A stretch of DNA of 64,000 nucleotides from Actinomycetota bacterium (GCA_051751085.1 JBNJKM010000001.1:135314-199313); one strand, 5' to 3'. Shown: positions 28,227-37,519, numbered from the stretch's first letter. The notes: generated from the letters alone by a model not told the origin. Translations and numbers: made by a program.

Positions 28227-29390
28227 ATGACGATCGATCTGGCCACCTACCAGCTGAGCGAGGACGAGCTGGCGCTCGCCGAGGGTGTGCGCGACTTCGC
28301 GGACCGGGTGGTAGCACCGGTCTCGTACGAGGCCGACCGCACCAAGACGCTGCCGATGGACGTCGTGGCGCGGATGGGCGAGATGGGCCTGTTCGGGATC
28401 CCCTTCCCGGAGGAGCTCGGCGGCCAGGGCGGCGACTACTTCGCGCTCTGCTTGGCGATCGAGGCGCTCGCGCGCGTCGACCAGTCGATCGCGATCACCC
28501 TCGAGGCGGGCGTCAGCCTGGGCGCGATGCCGATCTTCCGCTTCGGCAGCGACGAGCAGAAGGCCGAGCTGCTGCCCGACCTGCTCTCGGGCGCCGCGCT
28601 CGCCGGCTTCGGCCTCACCGAGCCGGAGGCCGGTTCGGACGCGGGCGCCACCCGCACCACCGCCCGCCTGGAGGGCGACGAGTGGGTGATCAACGGCGCG
28701 AAGCAGTTCATCACCAACTCCGGCACCCCGATCACGCGATTCGTCACCGTCACCGCTGTGACCGGCGAGCAGGACGGCCGCAAGGAGATCTCGACCATCT
28801 ACGTGCCCAACGGCACCCCCGGCTTCACCGTCGAGGCCCCGTACGACAAGGTCGGCTGGCACGCGTCCGACACGCATCCGCTCACGTTCCGCGACGTGCG
28901 GGTGCCGGCGCGGAACCTGGTGGGCGAGCGGGGCCGCGGCTTCGCGGGGTTCCTGCACATCCTCGACGAGGGGCGCATCGCGATCGCCGCGCTCTCCACC
29001 GGTGCCGCGGAGGGGTGCCTCGAGGACGCCATCGACTACGCGCACTCGCGCAAGGTCTTCGGCGAGCCCCTCGCGAGCCGGCAGAACGTGCAGTTCGTGA
29101 TCGCCCGCATGCAGGCACGCGTGCACAACGCGCGCCTCGCCTGGCATCACGCGGCTCGCCTGCGCGACGCCGGCAGGCCCTTCAAGACCGAGGCGGCGCT
29201 CGCCAAGCTCACGGCCAGCGACGCGGCGATGGACAACGCGCGCGACGCGACCCAGATCCTCGGCGGCAACGGCTTCATGAACGAGTATGCGGTCGCGCGT
29301 CACTTCCGCGACTCGAAGATCCTCGAGATCGGCGAGGGCACGAGCGAGGTGCAGCTGCTCGTCATCGCGCGCGCCCTCGGGCTCGCCTGA
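28227..29390 (+). CDS. Acyl-CoA dehydrogenase
   Basis: FGLTEPEAGSDA, WVINGAKQFITN, KVGWHASDT, RIAIAA, ILGGNGFM.EY.V.R.FRD.KILEIGEGTSEVQ. Confidence 0.95.
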   Translation: MTIDLATYQLSEDELALAEGVRDFADRVVAPVSYEADRTKTLPMDVVARMGEMGLFGIPFPEELGGQGGDYFALCLAIEALARVDQSIAITLEAGVSLGAMPIFRFGSDEQKAELLPDLLSGAALAGFGLTEPEAGSDAGATRTTARLEGDEWVINGAKQFITNSGTPITRFVTVTAVTGEQDGRKEISTIYVPNGTPGFTVEAPYDKVGWHASDTHPLTFRDVRVPARNLVGERGRGFAGFLHILDEGRIAIAALSTGAAEGCLEDAIDYAHSRKVFGEPLASRQNVQFVIARMQARVHNARLAWHHAARLRDAGRPFKTEAALAKLTASDAAMDNARDATQILGGNGFMNEYAVARHFRDSKILEIGEGTSEVQLLVIARALGLA

Positions 29391-29411
29391 CCCTCCGGGG
29401 CTGAGCAGCAC

Positions 29412-29512
29412 GACGCCCGCCGGTGATCCGGCGGGCGTCTCGTGCACGCAGCGTCACGCGGATGCCAGGCGGTGCGGATGCGCGTCAGGCGTGCGCGGTC
29501 CCGTCCGCGTCG
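29412..29512. repeat. Direct repeat, right copy (hairpin plus 3' end of the small acidic gene)
   Basis: Identical blocks to the left copy; includes the codons DADGTAHA-stop on the minus strand. Confidence 0.92.
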
Positions 29513-29712
29513 TGCTGTCCCACGTCGCCCTCGGGTGAGGCGTCGACGTCGGTGTCGACGGGCGAGGTGGCGATGTCGGGGTCGGCGCCCACGACCGCGG
29601 TGCCGTCCTGGGCGCCCTCGCTCGGACCGGGATGCGACGCCGCGGTCCCGTCTGCGCGGGCCTCTGCGTCGGCGTCGCCCTGCGTGCCGTTGGGGGTGGT
29701 GCTATCGGTCAT
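29485..29712 (-). CDS. Small acidic low-complexity protein (75 aa)
   Basis: GGAGGG ribosome-binding site before MTDSTTPNG; overlaps the stop of the upstream gene. Confidence 0.5.
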   Translation of the reverse strand: MTDSTTPNGTQGDADAEARADGTAASHPGPSEGAQDGTAVVGADPDIATSPVDTDVDASPEGDVGQHDADGTAHA

Positions 29713-30232
29713 GCTGCCCTCCGTGGTGGTCGGTGCCGGCGTCGTCGCCGGCGGTGGGAACGGTGCCGCCGAGCGGCTGGTCGTGCCGAGCCCGCGCATC
29801 GCGGGGTCGGGCGTCGCCGGTCGCGGCGGGCGCGGGGTCGTCGGGGATGACATCGGCGTCGGAGCCGGGCACGCCGTCCTGGGACGTCGGCCGGTGCGCC
29901 CCGACGGCCGGGTCATCCGCGTCGTCCGTGTCCCCGTCGAACGGGTTGTCGCCGATGAGCGGCGGCAGCTCCTCGCCGTGCTCGCCGCGACGCTCGAGCA
30001 CGAAGATCGACGCGAGCATCGTCATGATCGCGAGGGCCACGAAGACCCAGCCGATGATGCTGTTGGCCAGGAATCCGAGCGGGTCGGTGACGCGCGTGTA
30101 GCTCAGGATCGCGAGCAGCGCGCCGACGCCGACGAGCACGCTCGTCAGCACGACGAACCACGTGGGCCGCGTGCGACGGGTGGCGATGACGGCGCCCATG
30201 ACGAGTGCTGCGAGACCGAGCAGGTAGTGCAT
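29702..30232 (-). CDS. Membrane protein with three transmembrane segments and an acidic tail
   Basis: Hydrophobic N-terminal half; TAGGCT 6 nt upstream of ATG. Confidence 0.7.
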   Translation of the reverse strand: MHYLLGLAALVMGAVIATRRTRPTWFVVLTSVLVGVGALLAILSYTRVTDPLGFLANSIIGWVFVALAIMTMLASIFVLERRGEHGEELPPLIGDNPFDGDTDDADDPAVGAHRPTSQDGVPGSDADVIPDDPAPAATGDARPRDARARHDQPLGGTVPTAGDDAGTDHHGGQHDR

Positions 30233-30414
30233 GCGGTCAGCCTAGGCGCCCGCCCCTGGATCCGCGACGAGATCTCAACGTCGCGGGTGGCAGCTCGCGG
30301 GCCCATACACGTCGAACGACCACCCGCGACGTTGAGACCGGAGAACGCGAGCGGGGGCGGATGCGCGACACGCGCAGGCGCACCGCGTCGGCGGCCGCGC
30401 CTACGATGGAGCGA

Positions 30415-32268
30415 GTGACCGACCAGCCTGCCGCGACCCCGTTCGGGGCCTTCTCCGGGCAGCAGTGGATCCAGCACACGGGTCAGCAGGCCGGCCAGCA
30501 GGCCGCCGAGCAGGGCACGCACTTCGGCACCTACGCGGCCGATCACCTGCCGCCGACCTACCCCGAGCGCGCCGCGTGGGGCACCGCGCAGCCGCTCCGC
30601 GCGTGGCAGGAGGAGGCGCTCACGCAGTACTTCCGCACTGAGCCGCGCGACTTCCTCGCCGCCGCCACGCCGGGCGCCGGCAAGACGACCTTCGCACTCC
30701 GCCTCGCCTCCGAGCTGCTCCTCCGCGGCAGCATCGCGCGCATCACGGTCGTCGCGCCCACCGAGCACCTCAAGCAGCAGTGGGCCGACGCCGCGCACCG
30801 GGCCGGCATCCGCCTCGACCCCGACTTCTCCAACGGCGACGGCGACTACCCGCGGCAGTACCACGGCGTCGTCGTCACCTACGCGCAGGTCGCCGCGCGG
30901 CCGCCGGTGCACGAGCGCATCACCCGCTCCGCGCCGAGCCTCGTCATCCTCGACGAGGTGCACCACGCCGGCGACGCGCTGAGCTGGGGCGACGCGGTGC
31001 TCGAGGCGTTCGGCCCCGCCGCGCGCCGGCTGTCGCTCACGGGCACGCCGTTCCGCAGCGACACCGCGCCCATCCCGTTCGTCGAGTACGTGCGCGACGA
31101 GCGCGGCATCCGCCTCTCGCGCACCGACTACGCCTACGGCTACGACCACGCGCTCCGCGACGGCGTCGTGCGCCCGGTGCTCTTCATGGCCTACGCCGGC
31201 ACGATGCAGTGGCGCACGTCGATGGGCGACGAGATGAAGGCGACGCTCGGCCACGGCGACACGAAGGACATCACGAACGGCGCCTGGCGCACGGCCCTCG
31301 ACCCGGGCGGCGCGTGGATCCAGCAGGTCCTGAAGAGCGCGGACGTGCGGCTCGCGCATGTGCGGCAGACGGTGCCGGATGCGGGCGGCCTCGTGGTCGC
31401 GACCGACCAGGCCCAGGCGCGGCAGTACGCGCAGCTGCTGCGGGAGATCGCGGGGGAGGAGCCGACCGTGGTCCTCTCGGACGACGCCGGCGCATCCGAC
31501 CGCATCAGCGCCTTCGCGCAGGGCACGCAGCGCTGGATGGTGGCGGTGCGGATGGTGTCGGAGGGCGTGGACGTGCCGCGGCTGGCGGTGGGCGTCTACG
31601 CGACGAGCTCCTCGACGCCGCTGTTCTTCGCGCAGCTCATCGGCCGCTTCGTGCGGTCGCGCCGCCGCGGCGAGGTCGCGACCGTCTTCCTGCCGTCGGT
31701 GCCGCCGCTGCTCACGCTCGCGGCGGAGCTCGAGCGGCAGCGCGACCACGCGCTCGACCGCGAGCAGGCCGACGACCAGCTGCTCGACGACGACGCGATG
31801 GATGCGGCCGAGAAGGGCGACAACGACGACCGCGAGGCCGCGCCCTTCACGTGGGAGCCGCTCGAGTCGAGCGCCACCTTCGACCGCGTGCTCTTCGGCG
31901 ATGCCGAGTTCGGCCAGCTCGTCGAGCCGGCGACCGAGGAGGAGATGGACTTCATCGGCATCCCCGGCCTCCTCGACGCGGAGGACGTCTCCGACCTCCT
32001 GAAGCGCCGGCACGCGCGACAGGCCGCGCGCATCCGCGACCGGCCGCCCAACCAGGAGGCGCCGGAGCCGCTCTACCGCAACATGCGCGAGGAGCGGCAG
32101 CTGCTCAACTCGCTCGTCGCGATCGCGGCGAAGCGGCGCGGCGAGGCGCACGCGCTCGTGCACGCCGAGGCGCGGCGCATCTGCGGCGGCCCGCCCGTCG
32201 CGCAGGCGTCGATGCAGCAGCTGCGCGACCGCATCCGCTACCTGCGCAAGGTGGTCGACAAGCGCTGA
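30415..32268 (+). CDS. Superfamily II DEAD/DEAH-box helicase (actinobacterial Rv2917-like)
   Basis: LRAWQ, ATPGAGKT, ILDEVHH, LTGTPFR, VRMVSEGVDVP, QLIGRFVR; TACGAT 7 nt before the GTG. Confidence 0.92.
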   Translation: MTDQPAATPFGAFSGQQWIQHTGQQAGQQAAEQGTHFGTYAADHLPPTYPERAAWGTAQPLRAWQEEALTQYFRTEPRDFLAAATPGAGKTTFALRLASELLLRGSIARITVVAPTEHLKQQWADAAHRAGIRLDPDFSNGDGDYPRQYHGVVVTYAQVAARPPVHERITRSAPSLVILDEVHHAGDALSWGDAVLEAFGPAARRLSLTGTPFRSDTAPIPFVEYVRDERGIRLSRTDYAYGYDHALRDGVVRPVLFMAYAGTMQWRTSMGDEMKATLGHGDTKDITNGAWRTALDPGGAWIQQVLKSADVRLAHVRQTVPDAGGLVVATDQAQARQYAQLLREIAGEEPTVVLSDDAGASDRISAFAQGTQRWMVAVRMVSEGVDVPRLAVGVYATSSSTPLFFAQLIGRFVRSRRRGEVATVFLPSVPPLLTLAAELERQRDHALDREQADDQLLDDDAMDAAEKGDNDDREAAPFTWEPLESSATFDRVLFGDAEFGQLVEPATEEEMDFIGIPGLLDAEDVSDLLKRRHARQAARIRDRPPNQEAPEPLYRNMREERQLLNSLVAIAAKRRGEAHALVHAEARRICGGPPVAQASMQQLRDRIRYLRKVVDKR

Positions 32269-32274
32269 GCCGCG

Positions 32275-32958
32275 CTACGGCAGCGAGCCGATGCGCGTGA
32301 CGACCCAGTCCATCGGCTCGAGGTCGAACCCGGTCGTCCGCTCGTGCCACGCGAGGTCGTTCTCGCCGAGCATCGCCGAGTCGAGCCGGACCGCCTGCAG
32401 GGTGCCCGCGGGGGCGGCCTCGTCGCCCAGCACGTAGCTCGGGTGCTCCGCGGCCGCATCGACCGCCGCGTACCCGTGCGTCGACGCCCACGACTGCACC
32501 GCGGCGCCGACGTCGTCGCCGCGCACGTACGACGTCGAGACCTCGATCGCCTCCTGCGCGCCGTCGAGCTCGACGTCGAACGTGGTCGCGCAGAGCACGG
32601 CCGCTGCCTCCAGCACCGACGCCGGCTCGAAGCCCGGCCGGGCGGCGCCGGCCTCCAGCCACCCGTCCGCGGACGGGGAGTCGGGCTCCACCATCGCCGC
32701 GGCGAGCACCACGCCGTCGCCGCAGCTCGGCGCATCGGCGAGCGGGCCGCCGGCGCTGACCGCCAGCGACGGCTCGGCGGTCGGGGACGCGGCGGGCGGT
32801 GACGCGACCTCTGCGGTCGCGGTCGCGGATGCGGTGGGCTCGGCCGTCGAGGAGCCGGTCGGCGCGGTGCTCGGGACGGCCGGCGGCGCGGCGGGCCCGG
32901 CGCAGCCGGCCAGGGCGAGCGCCACGGCGGTGACGAGGAGGGGGAGGACGGTTCGCAT
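32275..32958 (-). CDS. Lipoprotein, two-Cys paralogue family A, member 1
   Basis: ALAGC lipobox, Pro/Thr/Ala linker, C...RPGFEP....VLC...WA.THGY. Confidence 0.8.
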   Translation of the reverse strand: MRTVLPLLVTAVALALAGCAGPAAPPAVPSTAPTGSSTAEPTASATATAEVASPPAASPTAEPSLAVSAGGPLADAPSCGDGVVLAAAMVEPDSPSADGWLEAGAARPGFEPASVLEAAAVLCATTFDVELDGAQEAIEVSTSYVRGDDVGAAVQSWASTHGYAAVDAAAEHPSYVLGDEAAPAGTLQAVRLDSAMLGENDLAWHERTTGFDLEPMDWVVTRIGSLP

Positions 32959-32962
32959 GGCG

Positions 32963-33646
32963 CTATCCCTGCGTGAAGTCGGCGTGCCACACGAGCACGG
33001 CATCGGGCTGCGCCCCGGAGAGGCGCACGATCTCGGCCGCATTGCCGATCGTCGGGTCGGTGCCGTCGAGCGGCGCCCAGAAGATCTTCATCGTCGAGGT
33101 GCCGTCGGCGTTGAGCGGCGCCTCGCGCTCGACGAAGCCGGTCTGGCCCGTGCGCGACGCGTAGCCGTTGGCTGTCGCCCAGGCCTCGAGCTCCTGGAAG
33201 ACGACGTCGTCGCGCGCGAGCACCGCCTCCGAGACGACCGCGACGCCGGGACTGCCGTCCGTCGGGCTGCGGTAGGTCACGACGCACTCCACGTCGAGAC
33301 CGGCGAGCGCCTCGGCCGGAGCGAAGGACCCCTGCGGCTGCGCCTGCGCGAGCTGCTCCTCGTCGGTGCCCTCCCAGCCGACCGGGCCGGAGCCGATCAT
33401 CAGCAGCACGTACTCGTCGCCGCAGTAGGGAACGTCGGAGGCGTCGGGCGAGGGCGTGGGCGAGGCAGCGGGGGAGGCCGGCGCCGTGGTCGCGGGCCGG
33501 CTGAAGGGATCGCTGCTGGGCTCCGGTGGCGGGGTGGTCGTGGCAGCCGGCGTCGGGCCGGGCGTCGACGCGGGTGCGGTGGGGACGCAGCCGACGAGCG
33601 CGACGAGCGCGATGCCGGCGGCGGAGAGCGCGAGCGTGGGCCGCAT
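32963..33646 (-). CDS. Lipoprotein, family A, member 2
   Basis: LVGC lipobox, C...VGWEGT.E.Q...GSFAP....VEC...WA.ANGY. Confidence 0.8.
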   Translation of the reverse strand: MRPTLALSAAGIALVALVGCVPTAPASTPGPTPAATTTPPPEPSSDPFSRPATTAPASPAASPTPSPDASDVPYCGDEYVLLMIGSGPVGWEGTDEEQLAQAQPQGSFAPAEALAGLDVECVVTYRSPTDGSPGVAVVSEAVLARDDVVFQELEAWATANGYASRTGQTGFVEREAPLNADGTSTMKIFWAPLDGTDPTIGNAAEIVRLSGAQPDAVLVWHADFTQG

Positions 33647-33772
33647 GACAGGCTCCTTCGGTGCTGGCGCCCCGGCGGCGCGCGTGCCCTTCAGTGTCCG
33701 GAGCGTACCCCGACGAGAGCCACGAGCTCGGTCACGATTGCGCCACGATCGGCGCCGGGTTCGGAGCCGTCC

Positions 33773-34390
33773 TCAGTCGTGCTCGGTCCAGCAGACGAGC
33801 ACGGCGGAGGCGACCGCGTACGCGACCTCGTCGCGCGTCATCGTGCCGTCGGCGAGCTCGGCGGGCAGGCGGGTCGCGTCGACGACGAGCGTCTTGCCGT
33901 CGCGCAGGAAGGCGACCGTCCCCGCATCCGTCGTGAACGAGGGCATGCCGAGCGCCAGCAGTCCCTCGATGTCGCGCGCGCCCTCGACGCTGCCCTGCAG
34001 CTCATCGAAGTGCGCCGCACCGACCTCGAGGTCGGTGGCGTCGTGCACCGAGAGCATCAGCGGTGCCCCGTCGACGTCGTAGGTGCAGGTGAAGGTCGGC
34101 TCGTTCCACGTCGACGTCGACGGCGCATCGCCGGGGAGGCGGAGCATCGAGGCGATCGCGCCCGTCACCTGCCCCTCGCAGATCATCGCGGCGGCCGCGG
34201 ACGGCTCCGCGGCGGCCTCGTGCCCCGATCCGTGCGCACCGTGCTCGGCCCCGGTCATCACGGTCCCGTCGGGCATCGTGTGCGACGCCTCCGGAGCCCG
34301 GCTCTCGGGAGCGGAGGCGGAGGGGCTCGCGCAGCCGGTCAGCAGCAGCGCGGCGACGGCGATGGCGGTGAGCCAGCTCGTGCGGGCCAT
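33773..34390 (-). CDS. His/Met-rich lipoprotein of unknown function
   Basis: LLTGC lipobox, HTMPDGTVM..AEHGAHGSGH, two Cys. Confidence 0.8.
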   Translation of the reverse strand: MARTSWLTAIAVAALLLTGCASPSASAPESRAPEASHTMPDGTVMTGAEHGAHGSGHEAAAEPSAAAAMICEGQVTGAIASMLRLPGDAPSTSTWNEPTFTCTYDVDGAPLMLSVHDATDLEVGAAHFDELQGSVEGARDIEGLLALGMPSFTTDAGTVAFLRDGKTLVVDATRLPAELADGTMTRDEVAYAVASAVLVCWTEHD

Positions 34391-34439
34391 GGGGACATCC
34401 GATCTGTCGGGTGCGTGCACGGTGGTGCCTGCACGGAGT

Positions 34440-34468
34440 GGTTCGGCGCCACCCGCCAACGGGATTGG
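34440..34468 (-). promoter_or_regulatory. ECF (SigK-type) promoter, leftward
   Basis: CCAATCC-N15-CCGAACC on the minus strand; M. tuberculosis SigK consensus recalled as CCATCC-N15-CCGAA. Confidence 0.7.
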
Positions 34469-34499
34469 TGCGCATCCGGAGCGATCGATCCCGACTGCT

Positions 34500-34528
34500 C
34501 CAATCCGCCGGAGCGGCCGCCCCGAACC
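34500..34528 (+). promoter_or_regulatory. ECF (SigK-type) promoter, rightward
   Basis: CCAATCC-N15-CCGAACC with identical boxes and spacing. Confidence 0.7.
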
Positions 34529-34585
34529 ATTGCCAGGAGACGGCGCAACTCCATGTGCCCGACACTCAAGGAAGAGGACATCCCC

Positions 34586-35356
34586 ATGAAGAAATCAGCA
34601 TTCCTGATCGCTCCGGCGCTCGGGATCGGCCTCGTGGCCATGGCCGCGACCCCCGCGATGGCGCACGACGGCGCGCACTCGTACTCGGCGATGCTTGGCG
34701 AGATCAACAACAGCGGTGCCACCGGTGAGGTCTGGATCGACGTCGAGGGCACCACGGCGACCGTGACGCTCAACGCCTCCGGCCTCGCGGCCGAGTTCGA
34801 CGGCGCCGCGTACCCGCACGTGCAGCACATCCACATCGGTGCGCAGGGCCTGTGCCCGAGCCCCGAGGCCGACGAGAACGGCGACGGCATCATCAGCACG
34901 ACCGAGGGTGGACCCTCCTACGGCGAGATCGGCACGACGCTCTCGGTCGGCGACGCCGACAAGAGCCCGGCCGGCGGCCTCGACCTGGCGGCTGCACCGT
35001 CCGGCGCGACCATCGCCTACGAGGAGACCTTCGAGATCGACCAGGCGACGCACGACGCGATCGAGGACGGCACCGCCGTCGTCGTGGTGCACGGCCTCGA
35101 CCCGGCCACGCAGCCCGAGTCCGGCACGAGCCCCAGCGACCTCGTCCCCGAGCTGCCGCTCGCGGCGACCTCGCCCGCCCTCTGCGGTGCGCTTGAGATG
35201 GCACCGGCCGGCGGCGTCGACACCGACGTCACGACCATCGCTGCTGCCGGCACCGGCGACTCCGCGCTCGGCACCGTCGCCCTCGGCGGCACGCTCGCGC
35301 TGATGGCCGCCGCTGGCGTCTACGCCGTCCGTCGTCGCGTGGTCCGCGACAACTGA
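34586..35356 (+). CDS. Secreted SodC/CHRD-like protein with C-terminal sortase-type sorting signal
   Basis: Signal peptide ending AMA, PHVQHIH, VVVVHG, PALCG, then PAGGVDT, a transmembrane segment and RRR. Confidence 0.7.
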   Translation: MKKSAFLIAPALGIGLVAMAATPAMAHDGAHSYSAMLGEINNSGATGEVWIDVEGTTATVTLNASGLAAEFDGAAYPHVQHIHIGAQGLCPSPEADENGDGIISTTEGGPSYGEIGTTLSVGDADKSPAGGLDLAAAPSGATIAYEETFEIDQATHDAIEDGTAVVVVHGLDPATQPESGTSPSDLVPELPLAATSPALCGALEMAPAGGVDTDVTTIAAAGTGDSALGTVALGGTLALMAAAGVYAVRRRVVRDN

Positions 35357-35369
35357 TCCAGTCACCACG

Positions 35370-36032
35370 ATGATCGAGCACAGCAACGGCCGTCGCCTCC
35401 ACCTCGCGGTGGGGGCGGCGGCCGTCGTGATCGCCCTGACCGCCTGCACCTCGAGCGGCGGCGGCTCGCCCGCGCCCGCACCGCCGGCCTCGACCGCCCC
35501 CGCGGCTCCCGAGTCCGAGGCTCCGGCGTCCGAGGCACCGAGCGACGCGGCGCCGGCGCCGGACGACATGGTCATGGATGCCTCGGCGCCCGTGCGCGTG
35601 GGCATCCCGTCGGTCGGCCTCGACGCCGCGCTCATCCAGACGGGCGTCCGCGACGACGGCGTGCTCGAGGTGCCGCCCGGCGAGGAGGGCTCGCCCGCCA
35701 GCTGGTACGACGGCTCGCCGACGCCCGGCGAGCGCGGCGCCTCCGTGCTGCTCGGCCAGGTCAACTCGACCACCGACGACAGCGGCGTCTTCTACGACCT
35801 GCCTCGACTCGTCGAGGGCGACGAGGTGACCGTGACGCGGGAGGACGGCTCGACGGCCGTCTTCGAGGTCTACGCCTCCGAGACGTTCGCCAAGGACGAG
35901 TTCCCGACGCGCGCGGTGTACTACCCGGTGCAGGGTCCTGAGCTGCGGCTCATCACGTGCCACGAGGGCGAGGGCGAAGGCCCCTACCCGAACAACTACG
36001 TCGTCTTCGCGCGACTCGTCGGGTCGGCGTAG
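35370..36032 (+). CDS. Class F sortase with catalytic His replaced by Gln
   Basis: PV.V.IPSVG.DA, WY..SP.PGE.G, LLGQVNS (normally GHVD), LRLITC, NYVVFA. Confidence 0.85.
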   Translation: MIEHSNGRRLHLAVGAAAVVIALTACTSSGGGSPAPAPPASTAPAAPESEAPASEAPSDAAPAPDDMVMDASAPVRVGIPSVGLDAALIQTGVRDDGVLEVPPGEEGSPASWYDGSPTPGERGASVLLGQVNSTTDDSGVFYDLPRLVEGDEVTVTREDGSTAVFEVYASETFAKDEFPTRAVYYPVQGPELRLITCHEGEGEGPYPNNYVVFARLVGSA

Positions 36033-36043
36033 GCGCCGGTCGG

Positions 36044-36712
36044 TCACCCGGCCGGTGGCGGCGACTCCCACCCCTGCAGGGAGGGGCAGACCTGCCAGGA
36101 GACCGACACGTCGGCGCCATCGAGCGGGATGCCGGCGAGGTCGGCGTGGCGCTGCACCCCGTCGGCTCCCTCGGAACGGCTCACCGGATCCCACTGCAGC
36201 ATCGTCGCGACAGCGCCGTCGCCGCTCACGCTGATCCCGAAGCTGCGCGTGTTGTCGGTCATCGCGATGTCGGTGCGCTCGAGCCCGTGCTCGTCGGCCC
36301 ACGCCATGAGCGCCTCGTCGATCTCGCCGATCCTCGCGCCCTCGACGCCACCGTCGAGGTAGGCGCGGGCGAAGTCCATCTGGCAGTCGTTGGTCAAGAA
36401 CGTCCAGCTCGACGCGCACAGGATGTCGAAGCCGTCGACGACGCCCGGCAGCGCGAATCCGCTGCGGTACTCCGCTGACGACGGCAGCGCTCCACCCTTG
36501 TCGTCGGCGCCACCCCAGAAGACGTTCTCGTGGCACAGGGCGTCGGGCCCGGGCGCATCGCCGACCGCCTCGGCAGGGACCGCGGTGGCGCTGGCGTCCG
36601 TGCGGTCTGGGAGGGACGCGCATGCCGACAGGGCCAGGGCGGCCGCGGATGCGGCGGCGGCAGCCGCGAGCCAGCGGCGAGCTCCGGATGCGCGTGCGCT
36701 CCACTCGGCCAT
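36044..36712 (-). CDS. Lipoprotein, family A, member 3 (most divergent)
   Basis: LSAC lipobox, C...RSGFALP...ILC...WA.EHGL; extra Cys pair. Confidence 0.75.
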   Translation of the reverse strand: MAEWSARASGARRWLAAAAAASAAALALSACASLPDRTDASATAVPAEAVGDAPGPDALCHENVFWGGADDKGGALPSSAEYRSGFALPGVVDGFDILCASSWTFLTNDCQMDFARAYLDGGVEGARIGEIDEALMAWADEHGLERTDIAMTDNTRSFGISVSGDGAVATMLQWDPVSRSEGADGVQRHADLAGIPLDGADVSVSWQVCPSLQGWESPPPAG

Positions 36713-36823
36713 GGCCGCCTCTTCCTCGAGGGTCGGCGCGATCGTACGCCCGCGCGACGCCGCGCGGCAGGGGTCGATCCGGCGGTGCGGGTCAGCGAGC
36801 GCCGGAGTGCGGCGCCGGGCGGG

Positions 36824-37519
36824 TCACTCCGACGGCGCCCCGAAGGTCACGTGCGTGAGGAGCACGTCGGTCGGCTGCAGGTCGAGACCCGACCGGCGCT
36901 CCAGCGCATCGAGCTGCGGCTCGTCGCCGTAGAGCGGCTCCCCGATGGGGGCCACCGCGAGCCGGGCGCTGAACACGTCGCCGTCCCGCTGCACGTACTC
37001 GGGACCCTCGGCCTCCGGTTCGAGCGGCTCATAGCCGTGCTCGGCAGCCCAGGCCTGCACGGCGGGAACGACGTCGGCGTCGCGCACGATCGCGGTCGAG
37101 AATCGGCCGACACCGGCGCCGGGGCCGTCGGCCGGGTAGTCGTAGGTGACGGCGCACAGCACGCCGTCGCTGTCGAGCAGGTCGGCGGGCTCGAAGCCGG
37201 GGCGCGGGGCGGATGCCGCGATCTGCTGCTCGTAGGTGCCCTCCCAGCCCACGGTGTAGGCGCCCTCCGGGTCGATCACGATGGCGTCGGCGCATCGGGG
37301 CCAGTCGGCCTCGGGTGACGCCGTCGGCACGGCGGATGCGGTGGGTGCCGGCGTCGGCGTCGGCGTCGGCGTCGCGCTCGGCGTCGGCGTGGGCGTGGCC
37401 GTCGCGCTCGGCGTCGGCGCCGGGCTCGAGGGGGCGGGAACCTCGGCATCTGGCGCGCAGCCGGTCAGCAGGGCGAGCGCGGCGATGCCGACGACGATGG
37501 AGCGGGCGGCGGAAGCCAT
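36824..37519 (-). CDS. Lipoprotein, family A, member 4
   Basis: LTGC lipobox, PT repeats, C...VGWEGT.EQQ...RPGFEP...VLC...WA.EHGY. Confidence 0.8.
   Translation of the reverse strand: MASAARSIVVGIAALALLTGCAPDAEVPAPSSPAPTPSATATPTPTPSATPTPTPTPAPTASAVPTASPEADWPRCADAIVIDPEGAYTVGWEGTYEQQIAASAPRPGFEPADLLDSDGVLCAVTYDYPADGPGAGVGRFSTAIVRDADVVPAVQAWAAEHGYEPLEPEAEGPEYVQRDGDVFSARLAVAPIGEPLYGDEPQLDALERRSGLDLQPTDVLLTHVTFGAPSE

Noticed and set aside
29485-30232. Programmed frameshift joining the membrane protein and the small acidic ORF
   Set aside because: No slippery sequence seen, and a GGAGGG ribosome-binding site explains the overlap as translational coupling
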